Position numbers and translations under genes: made by a program. From assembly GCA_965216755.1 (NCBI GenBank), contig CBDCGL010000011.1, positions 2,112,001 through 2,176,000 of the forward strand: a stretch of DNA of 64,000 bases, written 5' to 3'. Source of the DNA: Alphaproteobacteria bacterium (lineage in GTDB: Bacteria; Pseudomonadota; Alphaproteobacteria; UBA7887). Below the pieces are notes generated by a model. It saw only the letters and a list, made by a program, of their open reading frames with translations. It searched no databases and was not told where the DNA came from. Positions 39,321 to 48,887 of the stretch are shown here, in pieces. Each line of letters starts with the position of its first letter. The first letter of the stretch is position 1.

Positions 39321-40037
39321 ATGGACAACACGCTTTATATAGCCCTTTCGAAACAAGCCGCGCTGCGCCGGCAAATGGACATGGTCGCCCACAACATGGC
39401 CAATATTAATACCGGCGGCTACAAGTCCGAGGGGCCGCTGTTCATCGAATACATTGAATCGCCGGCCCGGCAAAAGCCGCTGACCTTCGTTCAGGACTAC
39501 GGCACAGTGCGCGACCTCAGCGCCGGCCCCATGGTCAAGACCGGCAATCAATTAGACGTGGCGATCCACGGCGACGCCTATTTCGCGGTCGATACCGAAC
39601 GTGGCACCCGCTACACCCGGAACGGCCATTTCGAAATCAACGCCAAAAGCGAACTGGTCACCTCGGCGGGCTATCCGTTGCTCGATGTTGATTCCCGTAA
39701 GATATTGATACCACAGGGAGAAACCGAATTCACGATCGGAACGGACGGCACTTTATCCGGCCGCCTCGGCCAAATCGCGCGCCTCAAATTGGTCGCGTTC
39801 GACCAGCCGCGCGCCCTGAAACGCGAGGCAGACAGCCTGATGGTCAGCCAGGACCGGCCGATCGAACCGCGCGACGCCACCGTGGTGCAAGGCATGCTTG
39901 AGACCTCGAACGTCAAGCCGATCCGGGAACTGACGTCCATGATCGATTTGCTGCGATCGTACCAATCCAACAATGACCTGATCCGTAGGGAAGAAGAGCT
40001 ACAACAAAAAACCGTCGAACGCGTGATGCGCGTCTAG
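39321..40037 (+). CDS. flgF: Flagellar basal-body rod protein FlgF
   Basis: 'AHNMANINTGGYK', 'TGNQLDVAI.G', 'YTRNG.F', 'LETSNV'; precedes flgG. Confidence 0.93.
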   Translation: MDNTLYIALSKQAALRRQMDMVAHNMANINTGGYKSEGPLFIEYIESPARQKPLTFVQDYGTVRDLSAGPMVKTGNQLDVAIHGDAYFAVDTERGTRYTRNGHFEINAKSELVTSAGYPLLDVDSRKILIPQGETEFTIGTDGTLSGRLGQIARLKLVAFDQPRALKREADSLMVSQDRPIEPRDATVVQGMLETSNVKPIRELTSMIDLLRSYQSNNDLIRREEELQQKTVERVMRV

Positions 40038-40080
40038 CCGTGCGCGCGCGACCAAACGGGATAATGGAGGCTCACAAAAC

Positions 40081-40866
40081 ATGAGATCGCTGAATATCGC
40101 CGCCACCGGCATGCAGGCCCAACAGCTGAATGTCGAAGTCATCTCGCACAACATCGCCAATATGACGACGACCGGCTTTAAGCGCCAGCGCCCGGAATTC
40201 CAGGATTTGCTTTACCAAAGCGAGCGGCGTGTCGGCTCGACTTCGTCGGAAACCGGCTCGGTGGTCCCGTCGGGCATCCAAATCGGTCTTGGCGTGCGCA
40301 CCGCGGCCGTCTATCGAATCACCGAGCAGGGCAACGCCATTGGAACGGGCGCGCCCTTCGACCTCGCGATCCAAGGCAAGGGCTGGTTTCAGATCACCCT
40401 GCCGAGCGGCGAAACTGGCTACACCCGCGCCGGGTCGTTTCAAATGAGCCCCTCTGGCGAGATCGTCACAGCCGACGGCTACACGGTTCAGCCCGGTATT
40501 ACCATACCGGCCGATGCGGTCGATATCAGCATCAGCGCCAGCGGCGACGTCGAGGTCAAGGTCGCCGGGCAGGTGTCGCCGCAGAATGTCGGCACGATCC
40601 AACTCGTGAATTTCCCCAACGAGGCCGGCTTGGAATCGATCGGTACCAATCTGTTTCTCGAAACGCCATCCTCGGGGACCGGCACCACAGGCACGCCAGG
40701 GTCAAATGGCTTTGGCACCCTGCTGCAAGGCTTTCTCGAGACGTCGAATGTGAATGCCGTCTCGGAGATCACCAATCTGATCACCGCGCAGCGCGCCTAT
40801 GAAATGAACTCTAAGGTCATCACCACATCCGACGAGATGATGGCGGCGGTTAGCCAGCTGCGTTAA
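40081..40866 (+). CDS. flgG: Flagellar distal rod protein FlgG
   Basis: 'AATGMQAQQ....ISHNIAN..TTGFKR....FQDLLYQ', 'QRAYEMNSKVI..DEM'. Confidence 0.98.
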   Translation: MRSLNIAATGMQAQQLNVEVISHNIANMTTTGFKRQRPEFQDLLYQSERRVGSTSSETGSVVPSGIQIGLGVRTAAVYRITEQGNAIGTGAPFDLAIQGKGWFQITLPSGETGYTRAGSFQMSPSGEIVTADGYTVQPGITIPADAVDISISASGDVEVKVAGQVSPQNVGTIQLVNFPNEAGLESIGTNLFLETPSSGTGTTGTPGSNGFGTLLQGFLETSNVNAVSEITNLITAQRAYEMNSKVITTSDEMMAAVSQLR

Positions 40867-40882
40867 TCCCAGCGGCTTGCGC

Positions 40883-41929
40883 ATGGCAAAAGGATTGGTC
40901 TTTATGTTTTCTTGTGCCTCGTTGGAATTTGTGCGTTTTTTCAAGACTGTGACAATGCCTACGGCCTTGATTTGGCTGGTCACTGCCGGCGCCGCCGCCC
41001 GTGACATCGACGACTCGAAAGCGGCGCCGCAATTGCGGCCGGCTGTCGAAGTGGATCGCGGGCACGTGACGCTTGGGGACCTGTTCACCAATAGCGGCGA
41101 TAAGGCGGACATACCGGTTATGCAAGCGCCGCCGCCCGGCGAAATCACTCAGATCAGCACCCACGAGGCCTTCGAACTGGCCAACGCCCATGGCCTGGCC
41201 TGGCGGCCAATTACGACTTTTGACCAAGTCGCGATTTCGCGCGCCTGGCGCCATCTGGATCGAGGTCAGCTCGAAGCCATGCTGCACAGCGCGCTGCAGG
41301 CAGCGGGTGCCGGCAGCACACTGGAGCTGGATCTGCCCAGCGAATTGTTGCAGGTCAAAGTTGCCCGGGGAGCCCTGGTCGAACCTCGATTCACCGACGT
41401 GATCTATGAGCCGCGGACCAGTCGATTTCGCGCCACATTGGTTGCGGACGCATCAAGCGGCGCGCCGCTTCGGATCACGATCGCGGGTAAGGCGGTCGCC
41501 GTGGCGAAAATCCCGGTTCTGCATAGCCGGCTCGGTCGGGACAGCGTCATTCGCGCTGAGGATCTGACTTGGAAAACCGTACCTGCCGACCGTCTGCCAG
41601 CCGGCACCATCACCGACCAAAGCGGTTTGATCGGCCAGTCCCCGCGCAAGCCCGTGGTACCTGGCCGCCCCATTACCCATGCCGATGTCGGTGCGCCAAC
41701 CGCAGTTACCAAAGGCGCGTTGGTAACCATGTACTATCGCCGCGACAATCTTTCGTTGGTCGCGATGGGCCGCGCGCTAGAGTCCGGTGCCGTCGGCGAT
41801 TTCATTTCCATTCAGAACACCCAAAGCCAGCGGTCCGTCGAAGGCGTCGTGGTCGGTCGCAATGAGGTGGCATTCGAAGCCGGCATAGCGCTTACACTGG
41901 CTGAACCGCAGGCGGGAGGCGTCCGATGA
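40883..41929 (+). CDS. flgA: P-ring assembly chaperone FlgA (start uncertain)
   Basis: 'VTLGDLF', SAF domain, 'GRALESGA.GD.I.IQN.QS.R.V.G.V'. Confidence 0.88.
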   Translation: MAKGLVFMFSCASLEFVRFFKTVTMPTALIWLVTAGAAARDIDDSKAAPQLRPAVEVDRGHVTLGDLFTNSGDKADIPVMQAPPPGEITQISTHEAFELANAHGLAWRPITTFDQVAISRAWRHLDRGQLEAMLHSALQAAGAGSTLELDLPSELLQVKVARGALVEPRFTDVIYEPRTSRFRATLVADASSGAPLRITIAGKAVAVAKIPVLHSRLGRDSVIRAEDLTWKTVPADRLPAGTITDQSGLIGQSPRKPVVPGRPITHADVGAPTAVTKGALVTMYYRRDNLSLVAMGRALESGAVGDFISIQNTQSQRSVEGVVVGRNEVAFEAGIALTLAEPQAGGVR

Positions 41930-42681
41930 CTATCCCAAATCGCCTATGCGGCCTTGCTGCGCTTGCATCGATCGGCCTGATCATGAGCGGCTGCAATGCC
42001 CTTGATCGGCTCGCCAATGTCGGCCGTGAGCCACAATTCGACCCGATCATCAATCCGACCCAAGAACCGCAATATGCGCCGGTCAACATGCCCATGCCGG
42101 CGCCGATCGAACCTGTGAACACGGCGAATTCCCTGTGGCAACCCGGCGCGCGCGCCTTTTTCAAGGATCAGCGCGCCGCCCGGGTCGGCGATATTCTGAC
42201 TGTCGAGATCATGATCGAGGACAAAGCCGAACTCAAAAACGAGACCACACGAAGCCGCGAGAACGAGGAAACGGCTGCGATTGGCGCCCTTTTCGGCTAT
42301 GAGCAAACCCTCCATACAATTCTCCCGGAAGCGGTGGTCAATACTGATTTGCTCGACCTTGACTCTTCGATGGAAAACACCGGCGGCGGCGAGATTTCGC
42401 GCGATGAATCAATCGAATTGAAGGTTGCCGCGGTGATCATCCAAGTACTGCCCAACGGCAATTTGGTCATCGACGGTGACCAACAAGTCCGGGTCAACTA
42501 CGAAATGCGCGAACTGCAGATTTATGGCGTGATCCGGCCCGAAGACATCGCTGCCAACAACACCATTTCTTACGAAAAGATCGCCAATGCGCGCATTGCC
42601 TATGGCGGCGAGGGGCACATTTCGGATGTCCAACAGCCGCGCTATGGCTCGCAGGTGCTAGACGTCATCAACCCGTTCTAA
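41926..42681 (+). CDS. flgH: Flagellar L-ring lipoprotein FlgH
   Basis: Lipobox 'MSGC', 'FKDQRA..VGDILTV', 'VLPNGNL', 'IRPEDI', 'ARIAYGG'. Confidence 0.96.
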   Translation: MTIPNRLCGLAALASIGLIMSGCNALDRLANVGREPQFDPIINPTQEPQYAPVNMPMPAPIEPVNTANSLWQPGARAFFKDQRAARVGDILTVEIMIEDKAELKNETTRSRENEETAAIGALFGYEQTLHTILPEAVVNTDLLDLDSSMENTGGGEISRDESIELKVAAVIIQVLPNGNLVIDGDQQVRVNYEMRELQIYGVIRPEDIAANNTISYEKIANARIAYGGEGHISDVQQPRYGSQVLDVINPF

Positions 42682-42706
42682 GGCAAAAATTCTGCGACCC
42701 CGGGTG

Positions 42707-43153
42707 TCAATCGTCGCGGTAGGTCCGCTCCAGCCGCTCGTGTCGCTCCTGTGCGTCCAGGCTCAATGTCGCGATGGGGCGGGCTTCAAGACGCCGCAGG
42801 CCGATGGGATCGCCGGTCTCCTCGCAAAAGCCATAGCTCCCCTCTTCGATACGCCGCAACGCCGAATCGATCTTGTTGAGCAGCTTGCGCTCTCGGTCGC
42901 GCGTTCTGAGTTCAACCAGTCGTTCGGACTCGATCGATGCCCGGTCGGCAAGATCCGGTTCTCGGCTGCTTTGTTCTTGGAGATGGGCCAGCGTTTGGCT
43001 CGATTCATCAAGAATCTCGCCCCGCCATTGCAACAATATCCGACGAAAGTACTCGCGCTGCCGAGGATTCATGAATTCCTCATCCTCGGTCGGGCGATAG
43101 TCGGGCGGAATGTCTACGCTCTCGGAATCCTGGAGTCTATTCCGACGGGCCAT
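42707..43153 (-). CDS. dksA: RNA polymerase-binding protein DksA
   Basis: 'EEFMN..Q..YF', 'D..DRAS.E', 'RDRERKL..KI..AL.RI..G.YGFCE.TG..I...RL.ARP'. Confidence 0.95.
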   Translation of the reverse strand: MARRNRLQDSESVDIPPDYRPTEDEEFMNPRQREYFRRILLQWRGEILDESSQTLAHLQEQSSREPDLADRASIESERLVELRTRDRERKLLNKIDSALRRIEEGSYGFCEETGDPIGLRRLEARPIATLSLDAQERHERLERTYRDD

Positions 43154-43263
43154 ACAATCCCCAGCCTGATCACGGTCAAACGCGGCCGGAGTATAGGCAC
43201 ATCAAACCTTTGCCGCAATACGTAGCTGGTAATGTACCCATGCGCTGGGCATGCGGAATGAGG

Positions 43264-43686
43264 CTAATATTCGACCTCGAGCTTGGCCAGCTCGACCCTG
43301 GCACGCAGCTCAATTTCCACAATCAAAGATTGCAGACCTGGGTCAGCGACCATTTCCTGCTGATGGCGAAGTGCGCCGATCAGCTGGCGCAGACCAGACT
43401 CCGGAATCACGCCGGCGAGCAGGCCCAAGCGAATATCGTTGAGCCGATCCAGAATACTCGTCGCGCGCTGAGCGCCTCGGCGTCCGTTGGGCGCGTCGCC
43501 GTCGCCTTGTTGGGCGGCGAGCAAAACGTCAACGGCAGCTATGGCGCGGGCCGGCTCGGTTGCCGCCGCGCGGGTTGTGCCGCCGTCCGAGATCAAGCTC
43601 GAGAATGAAGCGGCACCTGACTTTGATGCCGTCCCGGACTTCGCCGACCGGAGTGGTCGTATTGGGCGATCATTGCTGACTTTCAT
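43264..43686 (-). CDS. fliX: Flagellar assembly regulator FliX
   Basis: 'VD.LLA.Q', 'LDRL..IRLGLL.G', 'DP.L..L..EIELRARVELAKL'; divergent from flgI. Confidence 0.9.
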   Translation of the reverse strand: MKVSNDRPIRPLRSAKSGTASKSGAASFSSLISDGGTTRAAATEPARAIAAVDVLLAAQQGDGDAPNGRRGAQRATSILDRLNDIRLGLLAGVIPESGLRQLIGALRHQQEMVADPGLQSLIVEIELRARVELAKLEVEY

Positions 43687-43728
43687 GGTCAACTCGCTTG
43701 TTGCGGAAGCCAAGGCTTCCCGCTCGCC

Positions 43729-43744
43729 GTTAAGATTGGCTTAA
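43729..43744 (-). promoter_or_regulatory. Perfect CtrA box upstream of fliX
   Basis: GTTAA-GATTGGC-TTAA, the reverse complement of TTAA-N7-TTAAC. Confidence 0.8.
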
Positions 43745-43904
43745 GGGGCCAGGTTGCGCGCGGGTACCGGCGCCCGGTGGCCGCGGCAATTTTTACCGGT
43801 GGGGACCAATCGGACATGCGGTTCGCAGCAAGCGAAGAAAATGTAATATACTGAAATAAAACAATTTTTTTATTTCCAAGGACGCTTGAACCAATGCACC
43901 GACT

Positions 43905-43920
43905 TGGCACGAGGCTTGCG
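43905..43920 (+). promoter_or_regulatory. Sigma54 promoter of flgI-flgJ-flgN
   Basis: TGGCAC-GAGGC-TTGCG; ftr-like GGCA-ATTTT-TACC at 43785-43797. Confidence 0.8.
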
Positions 43921-43996
43921 TCATATGCGAACGATGAAAAAGACACTTTTACTTCCAAGCACGATTGCATTGCTGCGCGCATGTCGAAACGGCGCC

Positions 43997-45109
43997 ATGC
44001 GGGCAATCTGTGCAGCCGCCCTGGTACTGACCGCTGTAGCCCCGAGCCCCGCCGATGCCGCGGCGCGGATCAAGGACATCGTCGATTTCGAAGGCGTCCG
44101 AGACAACCTTCTGGTTGGCTATGGTCTGGTGGTCGGTTTGAACGGCACCGGTGACAGCCTCAACAACTCACCTTTCACCCGCCAAAGCCTTGAGGCCATG
44201 CTGGAGCGCCTGGGTGTCAACACACGCGGGAACGCGGCCAACACGTTGAACGTGGCCGCGGTGGTCGTGACCGCCACTTTGCCACCGTTCACGCGCCAGG
44301 GCACACGCATCGATGTGGCCGTCAGCTCTCTCGGCGACGCGCAGAGCCTGCTCGGCGGAACCTTGCTCGTCACCCCTTTGATGGGCGCCGACGGCGAGGT
44401 CTATGCGGTCGCGCAGGGCCAGCTATCCGTGGCCGGCTTCAGTGCCGCGGGCGCGGGCGGCACAAGCGTGACAAAAGGCGTGCCGACCGCGGGTCGGTTG
44501 GCCAACGGCGCCATTGTCGAACGCGAAGTCCCTTTTTCGCTGGTTACTCTTGACCGACTGACATTGAGCTTACGCAACCCCGATTTCACCACCGCACGCA
44601 GGGTCGCCCAGTCCGTTAACTCGGCGCTGCGCCAACCGGTTGCCAGAGCGACCGACCCCGCGACGGTGGTGGTGGCGGTACCGGATTCATATCGTGACCA
44701 AGTGGTCGATTTGCTCACCGACATTGAGCAGCTTCGGGTTGAGCCCGATCAGATCGCGCGCGTCGTGATCGACGAAGTCTCCGGCACCATCGTGATGGGC
44801 CAAAATGTCCGAATCTCGACCGTCGCCATCGCGCAAGGCAACTTGACAATCAAGGTGACGGAAACGCCGCAAGTCTCTCAACCAGGTGCATTTGCGCCCG
44901 ACAGCGCCTCGACCGTGGTGGTCGAACGCACGGACATCGAGGTCGACGAAGGCATCGACGAAAAAATGGTTGTCCTACCGGAGGGCGTAAGCCTGCAAGA
45001 GCTCGTTGACGGCCTTAATGCGCTTGGTGTTGGCCCGCGCGACATCATCTCGATATTGCAAACGATCAAGGCGGCCGGCGCCCTGCAGGCGGACTTGGAG
45101 GTCTTGTAG
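43997..45109 (+). CDS. flgI: Flagellar P-ring protein FlgI (start set downstream of the sigma54 site)
   Basis: 'RIKDI....GVRDN.L.GYGLVVGL.GTGD', 'SL.GGTL', 'DFTTA', 'GAL.A.L'. Confidence 0.96.
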   Translation: MRAICAAALVLTAVAPSPADAAARIKDIVDFEGVRDNLLVGYGLVVGLNGTGDSLNNSPFTRQSLEAMLERLGVNTRGNAANTLNVAAVVVTATLPPFTRQGTRIDVAVSSLGDAQSLLGGTLLVTPLMGADGEVYAVAQGQLSVAGFSAAGAGGTSVTKGVPTAGRLANGAIVEREVPFSLVTLDRLTLSLRNPDFTTARRVAQSVNSALRQPVARATDPATVVVAVPDSYRDQVVDLLTDIEQLRVEPDQIARVVIDEVSGTIVMGQNVRISTVAIAQGNLTIKVTETPQVSQPGAFAPDSASTVVVERTDIEVDEGIDEKMVVLPEGVSLQELVDGLNALGVGPRDIISILQTIKAAGALQADLEVL

Positions 45110-45450
45110 TGGCCACCTCGCCAACCTTGGCCGCTTTGCCGCCAATGCCGCGCCCGCCCGCGCCGGTCTTGTCCCCCGACGCCAGCGAGACCGAAGTCCG
45201 CCAGGCAGCCGAAGAGCTGGAGGGCTTTTTTCTGGGCCAAATGCTTGAGACCATGTTCGCTGGGATCAAAACCGATGGTCCCTTTGGCGGTGGGCATGGC
45301 GAACGGATGTTTCGATCGCTGCTCGTTCAGGAGTACGGCAAGATCATCACGGCTCAGGGTGGCATCGGACTGGCCGACAACATCGCCAGGAATTTACTGC
45401 AATTTCAAGAGATTAAACATGACGACGGCAATCCTCGCGGCGCCCGGTGA
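45109..45450 (+). CDS. flgJ: Rod-binding protein FlgJ (single domain, no muramidase)
   Basis: 'AAEELEGFFL.QML..M', 'FGGG.GE.MF', 'GGIGLAD'. Confidence 0.85.
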   Translation: MATSPTLAALPPMPRPPAPVLSPDASETEVRQAAEELEGFFLGQMLETMFAGIKTDGPFGGGHGERMFRSLLVQEYGKIITAQGGIGLADNIARNLLQFQEIKHDDGNPRGAR

Positions 45451-45889
45451 CGGCGTCCATGTTCACGTTGAACGGTTGATCGAGATCTGCACGGGTCTGC
45501 GCGACGTGCTGAAACAGGAAGTTGACGCAGTGCGATCACGCGCGCCAGACCGGATCAAAGCATTGGCGCCGCGCAAAGACGTTCTGGCCCTTGCCTACGC
45601 GGACGAATTGGAAGCGGTTCGCGGCGCTCGCGACGCCCTGGCAACCCTGGATCCGACACTAAAGTCGCGCTTCCGGCAGACAATGGACGCGTTTCGCGCA
45701 GCCGTCGAAGAGAACGCCAGGGCGCTTTGGCTGGCGAAAACCGCCAACGAAAAGCTGATTCAAGCTGTCAGTGAGGCGGTGGCGCGTAAGGCCCGGCCGC
45801 AAACCGCATATTCCCGAACAGGGACCTATGACGGATCAGGTGCCCCCCAATCAACGGCGGTCCCGATCGCGCTTAATCAACAAGTGTGA
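45419..45889 (+). CDS. flgN: FlgN-like flagellar export chaperone
   Basis: Helical; 'L...E...R', 'EN...L', C-terminal 'Y...G'; position after flgJ. Confidence 0.6.
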   Translation: MTTAILAAPGDGVHVHVERLIEICTGLRDVLKQEVDAVRSRAPDRIKALAPRKDVLALAYADELEAVRGARDALATLDPTLKSRFRQTMDAFRAAVEENARALWLAKTANEKLIQAVSEAVARKARPQTAYSRTGTYDGSGAPQSTAVPIALNQQV

Positions 45890-45925
45890 CCGATCGATTT
45901 TATGCTTGGAAATGAAGAAGAGTTT

Positions 45926-46384
45926 CTAAGCTTTTATGTCTAAGGAATTTTCTTGTTTTTGCTCAAGACTCTCAACGAACGCCGCCACACGTCGCAAAAC
46001 GAAGTCTGCCGGATATTGATCGCGGACTTCGCCCGATTCAACTTCGACACTGCGGGACACAAACAAACGACTTGCCTGGTCGAACGAAATCGACAATCGG
46101 GTCGCTATGGGTGCAGGCACTTTAGCGTCGGCGACATCCGCCGCCCGGTCAGTCGCCGTGCTCGCCTGATCAGACGCGGCCGTTTCTTTGTTGTTGCCAG
46201 CATCTTGCACTGCCGCTTTTTCCGCGACTGTCGCCGCCCGGTCAGAACCTTGCGTTGGCGCGTGCTGTGTCTCGGCAGTTCGTCTTTGGCCAGGCAGCGA
46301 AGGAGTCGGCGCGCGCGCAGCCCGGTCAGCGCCTGTGCCAACCGTTCCAATCTGCGTATGCGTACCTAACTTGTCTACCAACAT
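45926..46384 (-). CDS. FlaG-like flagellar protein
   Basis: C-terminal 'RLSISFDQASRLFV.R.V..ESGEV..QYP...VL' resembles the FlaG signature. Confidence 0.6.
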   Translation of the reverse strand: MLVDKLGTHTQIGTVGTGADRAARAPTPSLPGQRRTAETQHAPTQGSDRAATVAEKAAVQDAGNNKETAASDQASTATDRAADVADAKVPAPIATRLSISFDQASRLFVSRSVEVESGEVRDQYPADFVLRRVAAFVESLEQKQENSLDIKA

Positions 46385-46547
46385 GGGTGAGAACCTTCTG
46401 TCTCGACCTCAGCTACCGTGCAACTTCCTTTTCGAAGCTGAACCACGATTGTACGCGGACGTTTCGGGACCGGCCGTAACCGCCGTCACATCTCGCCCAA
46501 TTTGCCGAAAAACACTGCGGCACAATCCCAGATAGACAATGGTGGGC

Positions 46548-46560
46548 GGCAAATCTTGCC
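46548..46560. promoter_or_regulatory. ftr-like (FlbD enhancer) palindrome upstream of flgK
   Basis: GGCA-AATCT-TGCC. Confidence 0.6.
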
Positions 46561-46637
46561 TTGCGCGTCGGCACCGATCCCAACCATTAAGCGACTGAAA
46601 TAAAGGCCAAACGCACCCGTATACCGAGGCGCAATTC

Positions 46638-46653
46638 TGGCCCCTGCCTTGCA
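46638..46653 (+). promoter_or_regulatory. Sigma54 promoter of flgKL
   Basis: TGGCCC-CTGCC-TTGCA. Confidence 0.7.
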
Positions 46654-46709
46654 TCGTGGATACGCGCAGGTGCGCCTATGCGCGCCGAAGGTCACTGAAC
46701 GAGGCCAAC

Positions 46710-48839
46710 ATGTCGCTTACCGGCGCTTTGAACAATGCCGTTTCCGGACTTCAGGTCAGCCAAGCCGCGCTGGCCTTGGTATCCAACAATGTCGCCAACG
46801 CGAACAACGAAGACTACACGCGGAAGATTGCCCAACAGCAGCAAGTGATCGCCGGCGACCAACGCGCCGGAGTCAAGATCAGTGAAATACGCCGTGTTGT
46901 GGATGAGTTCTTGGCACGAGAGGTCCACGCGGCCAGCGGCAAGGCAGGCCGCTACGAAGTTCAGCTGCCGTTCTTGAACCGCTTACAGTCGTTTTTCGGA
47001 ACACCGAGTGACGAAAACGTTCTAACCGGCCGCCTCGACGCGATCTTCGGTGCGTTCGAATTCGCGACCACGGCGCCCGATTCCGCGCTCGCCAGGACCG
47101 AAGCGGTGCGCGCGATCCAAAGCTTTGAGCGCGAAATTGCGGAACTCATGGGCCAGGCGCAGACACTCCGTGCCGACGCCGACCGGCAAATCGCCCAAGA
47201 AATTTCCGACATAAATAACGCGCTGGTCCGCATCGAAGAGCTTAATCAGCAAATCTCGCGCGAGGTCAACACCGGCGGCGACGCCACTGAATACCGCGAT
47301 TTGCGCGACGCCCAAGTCAACGTGCTTGCCGCCAAGCTGGATATCAGCACCTATGAGCGGTCCGATGGCCAGCTCGCCATATATGCGGGCGCGGGCGCGG
47401 CTTTGGTGGAAAATGGCGCGCGTATCCTCGTCTACAACCCCGCCTCGACGGTGCTGCCTGGCACGATCTTTGGCCCCATTGAAGTCTTTCAGCGGGACAG
47501 CACCGGTAACCCCACAGGCACGGGGCGGTCCCTGCAAACCGACATCGGTAACGGTCGGCTCCGCGGCCTGTTGGATTTGCGCGATGTTGCATTGCCCGCA
47601 ACGTCGATCACGTTGGGCGAACTCGCCCAGCGTGTCGTCGACGAGATCAATCGGGCGCATAATGACAATACCGCGTTCCCGCCACCGAACACGCTGACCA
47701 GTTCACACAACACCGGGCTGAGCGCCGCCGACAATCACAATTTCACCGGCATCGCCCGCTTCTCGGTGATCGATCCCAACGCGCCCACCGCTGGTGACTA
47801 CGGCGTCGCGGCGACGGTTGCCATCGACTTTGGCGCAATCGGGGCGACGGTCAATGACGTCATCACTGCCGTCAACGCCGGGCTCGGCGGTGCCGGAACA
47901 TTGGCGCTGACCAACGGCGTTCTGACTTTTACGGCCGCCAACGCTGCCCATGGCGTCGGTATCGTTCAAGACGCAACCACGCCCAGCACGCGGGCGGGTC
48001 GTGGTTTCTCGCACTTTTTCGGCCTCAACGATGTCGTCACGAGTACCTCGCCGCCGTTCTATGACCATGGCTTCACAGCCGCGGAAAACCACGGCTTTGT
48101 CGGTTTCACTACGTTCAACGTCTACGATGCAAACGGGGAAAACGTCGCGACGGTGAGTTTCGACGCCGGCACGGCTGGCGCCACCTTTGCGGGCCTTGCG
48201 ACGGCCTTGGATACGGCACTCGGGGCCTACGCAACCGTGGCGCTCAACGCCGCCACGGGCAAACTCGAAATCACGCCGGCGACCGGCTATTCGGTTTTCG
48301 CCGCCGACCAATCCACACCCACCGCTAGCAACCGCAACGGTACCGGCATCGGGCTCGCAACGCTGATGGGCCTCGGCCCCGACAAAGTTCAGACCTTTGC
48401 CGAAAACATGCAGGTGCGCAGCGACATCGTCGCCAATTCAACCCTGTTGGGCTTCGGCCGTATGCAGGGGACCGCAGTCAACGATATCGCCATTACCCCG
48501 GGCGACAATCGCGGCGCCCTGGCGCTGGTCGCCCTGCGCGACGCGACAGTCTCGATCAATGCCGCGGGCAATATCGGCGCCAAGTCGACCACGCTGGTTC
48601 GCTACGCCAGCGAAGTGATTTCCGATTCGGCCCTCTATGCCGCGCAGACCCAAGGCTTGGCCGATGATATCGGTGCCCTGCACATCAGCCTGGACACACA
48701 ACAGAAGCAACTCAGCGGCGTCAATATAGATGAAGAATTGTCCACCATGATCGTGCTGCAGAACGCTTTTTCGGCATCAGCCCGCGTGGTGAGCACGATC
48801 GATCAGCTCTATGACGATTTGCTCGGCATGCTGCGGTAG
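46710..48839 (+). CDS. flgK: Flagellar hook-associated protein FlgK
   Basis: 'MSL..AL..A.SGL...Q.AL..VSNNVANAN...Y.RK', 'D.RD', 'SGVNIDEEL..M..LQ.AF.ASARV'. Confidence 0.96.
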   Translation: MSLTGALNNAVSGLQVSQAALALVSNNVANANNEDYTRKIAQQQQVIAGDQRAGVKISEIRRVVDEFLAREVHAASGKAGRYEVQLPFLNRLQSFFGTPSDENVLTGRLDAIFGAFEFATTAPDSALARTEAVRAIQSFEREIAELMGQAQTLRADADRQIAQEISDINNALVRIEELNQQISREVNTGGDATEYRDLRDAQVNVLAAKLDISTYERSDGQLAIYAGAGAALVENGARILVYNPASTVLPGTIFGPIEVFQRDSTGNPTGTGRSLQTDIGNGRLRGLLDLRDVALPATSITLGELAQRVVDEINRAHNDNTAFPPPNTLTSSHNTGLSAADNHNFTGIARFSVIDPNAPTAGDYGVAATVAIDFGAIGATVNDVITAVNAGLGGAGTLALTNGVLTFTAANAAHGVGIVQDATTPSTRAGRGFSHFFGLNDVVTSTSPPFYDHGFTAAENHGFVGFTTFNVYDANGENVATVSFDAGTAGATFAGLATALDTALGAYATVALNAATGKLEITPATGYSVFAADQSTPTASNRNGTGIGLATLMGLGPDKVQTFAENMQVRSDIVANSTLLGFGRMQGTAVNDIAITPGDNRGALALVALRDATVSINAAGNIGAKSTTLVRYASEVISDSALYAAQTQGLADDIGALHISLDTQQKQLSGVNIDEELSTMIVLQNAFSASARVVSTIDQLYDDLLGMLR

Positions 48840-48887
48840 CGACACGGCTCGGCACCAACTCTGTTCCCGACACCACGGACAAAAACG

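Noticed and set aside
46710-48839. Long FlgK with a G/T/A/N-rich central insertion
   Set aside because: A length of about 700 aa is usual for Caulobacter-type FlgK, so it is not anomalous.
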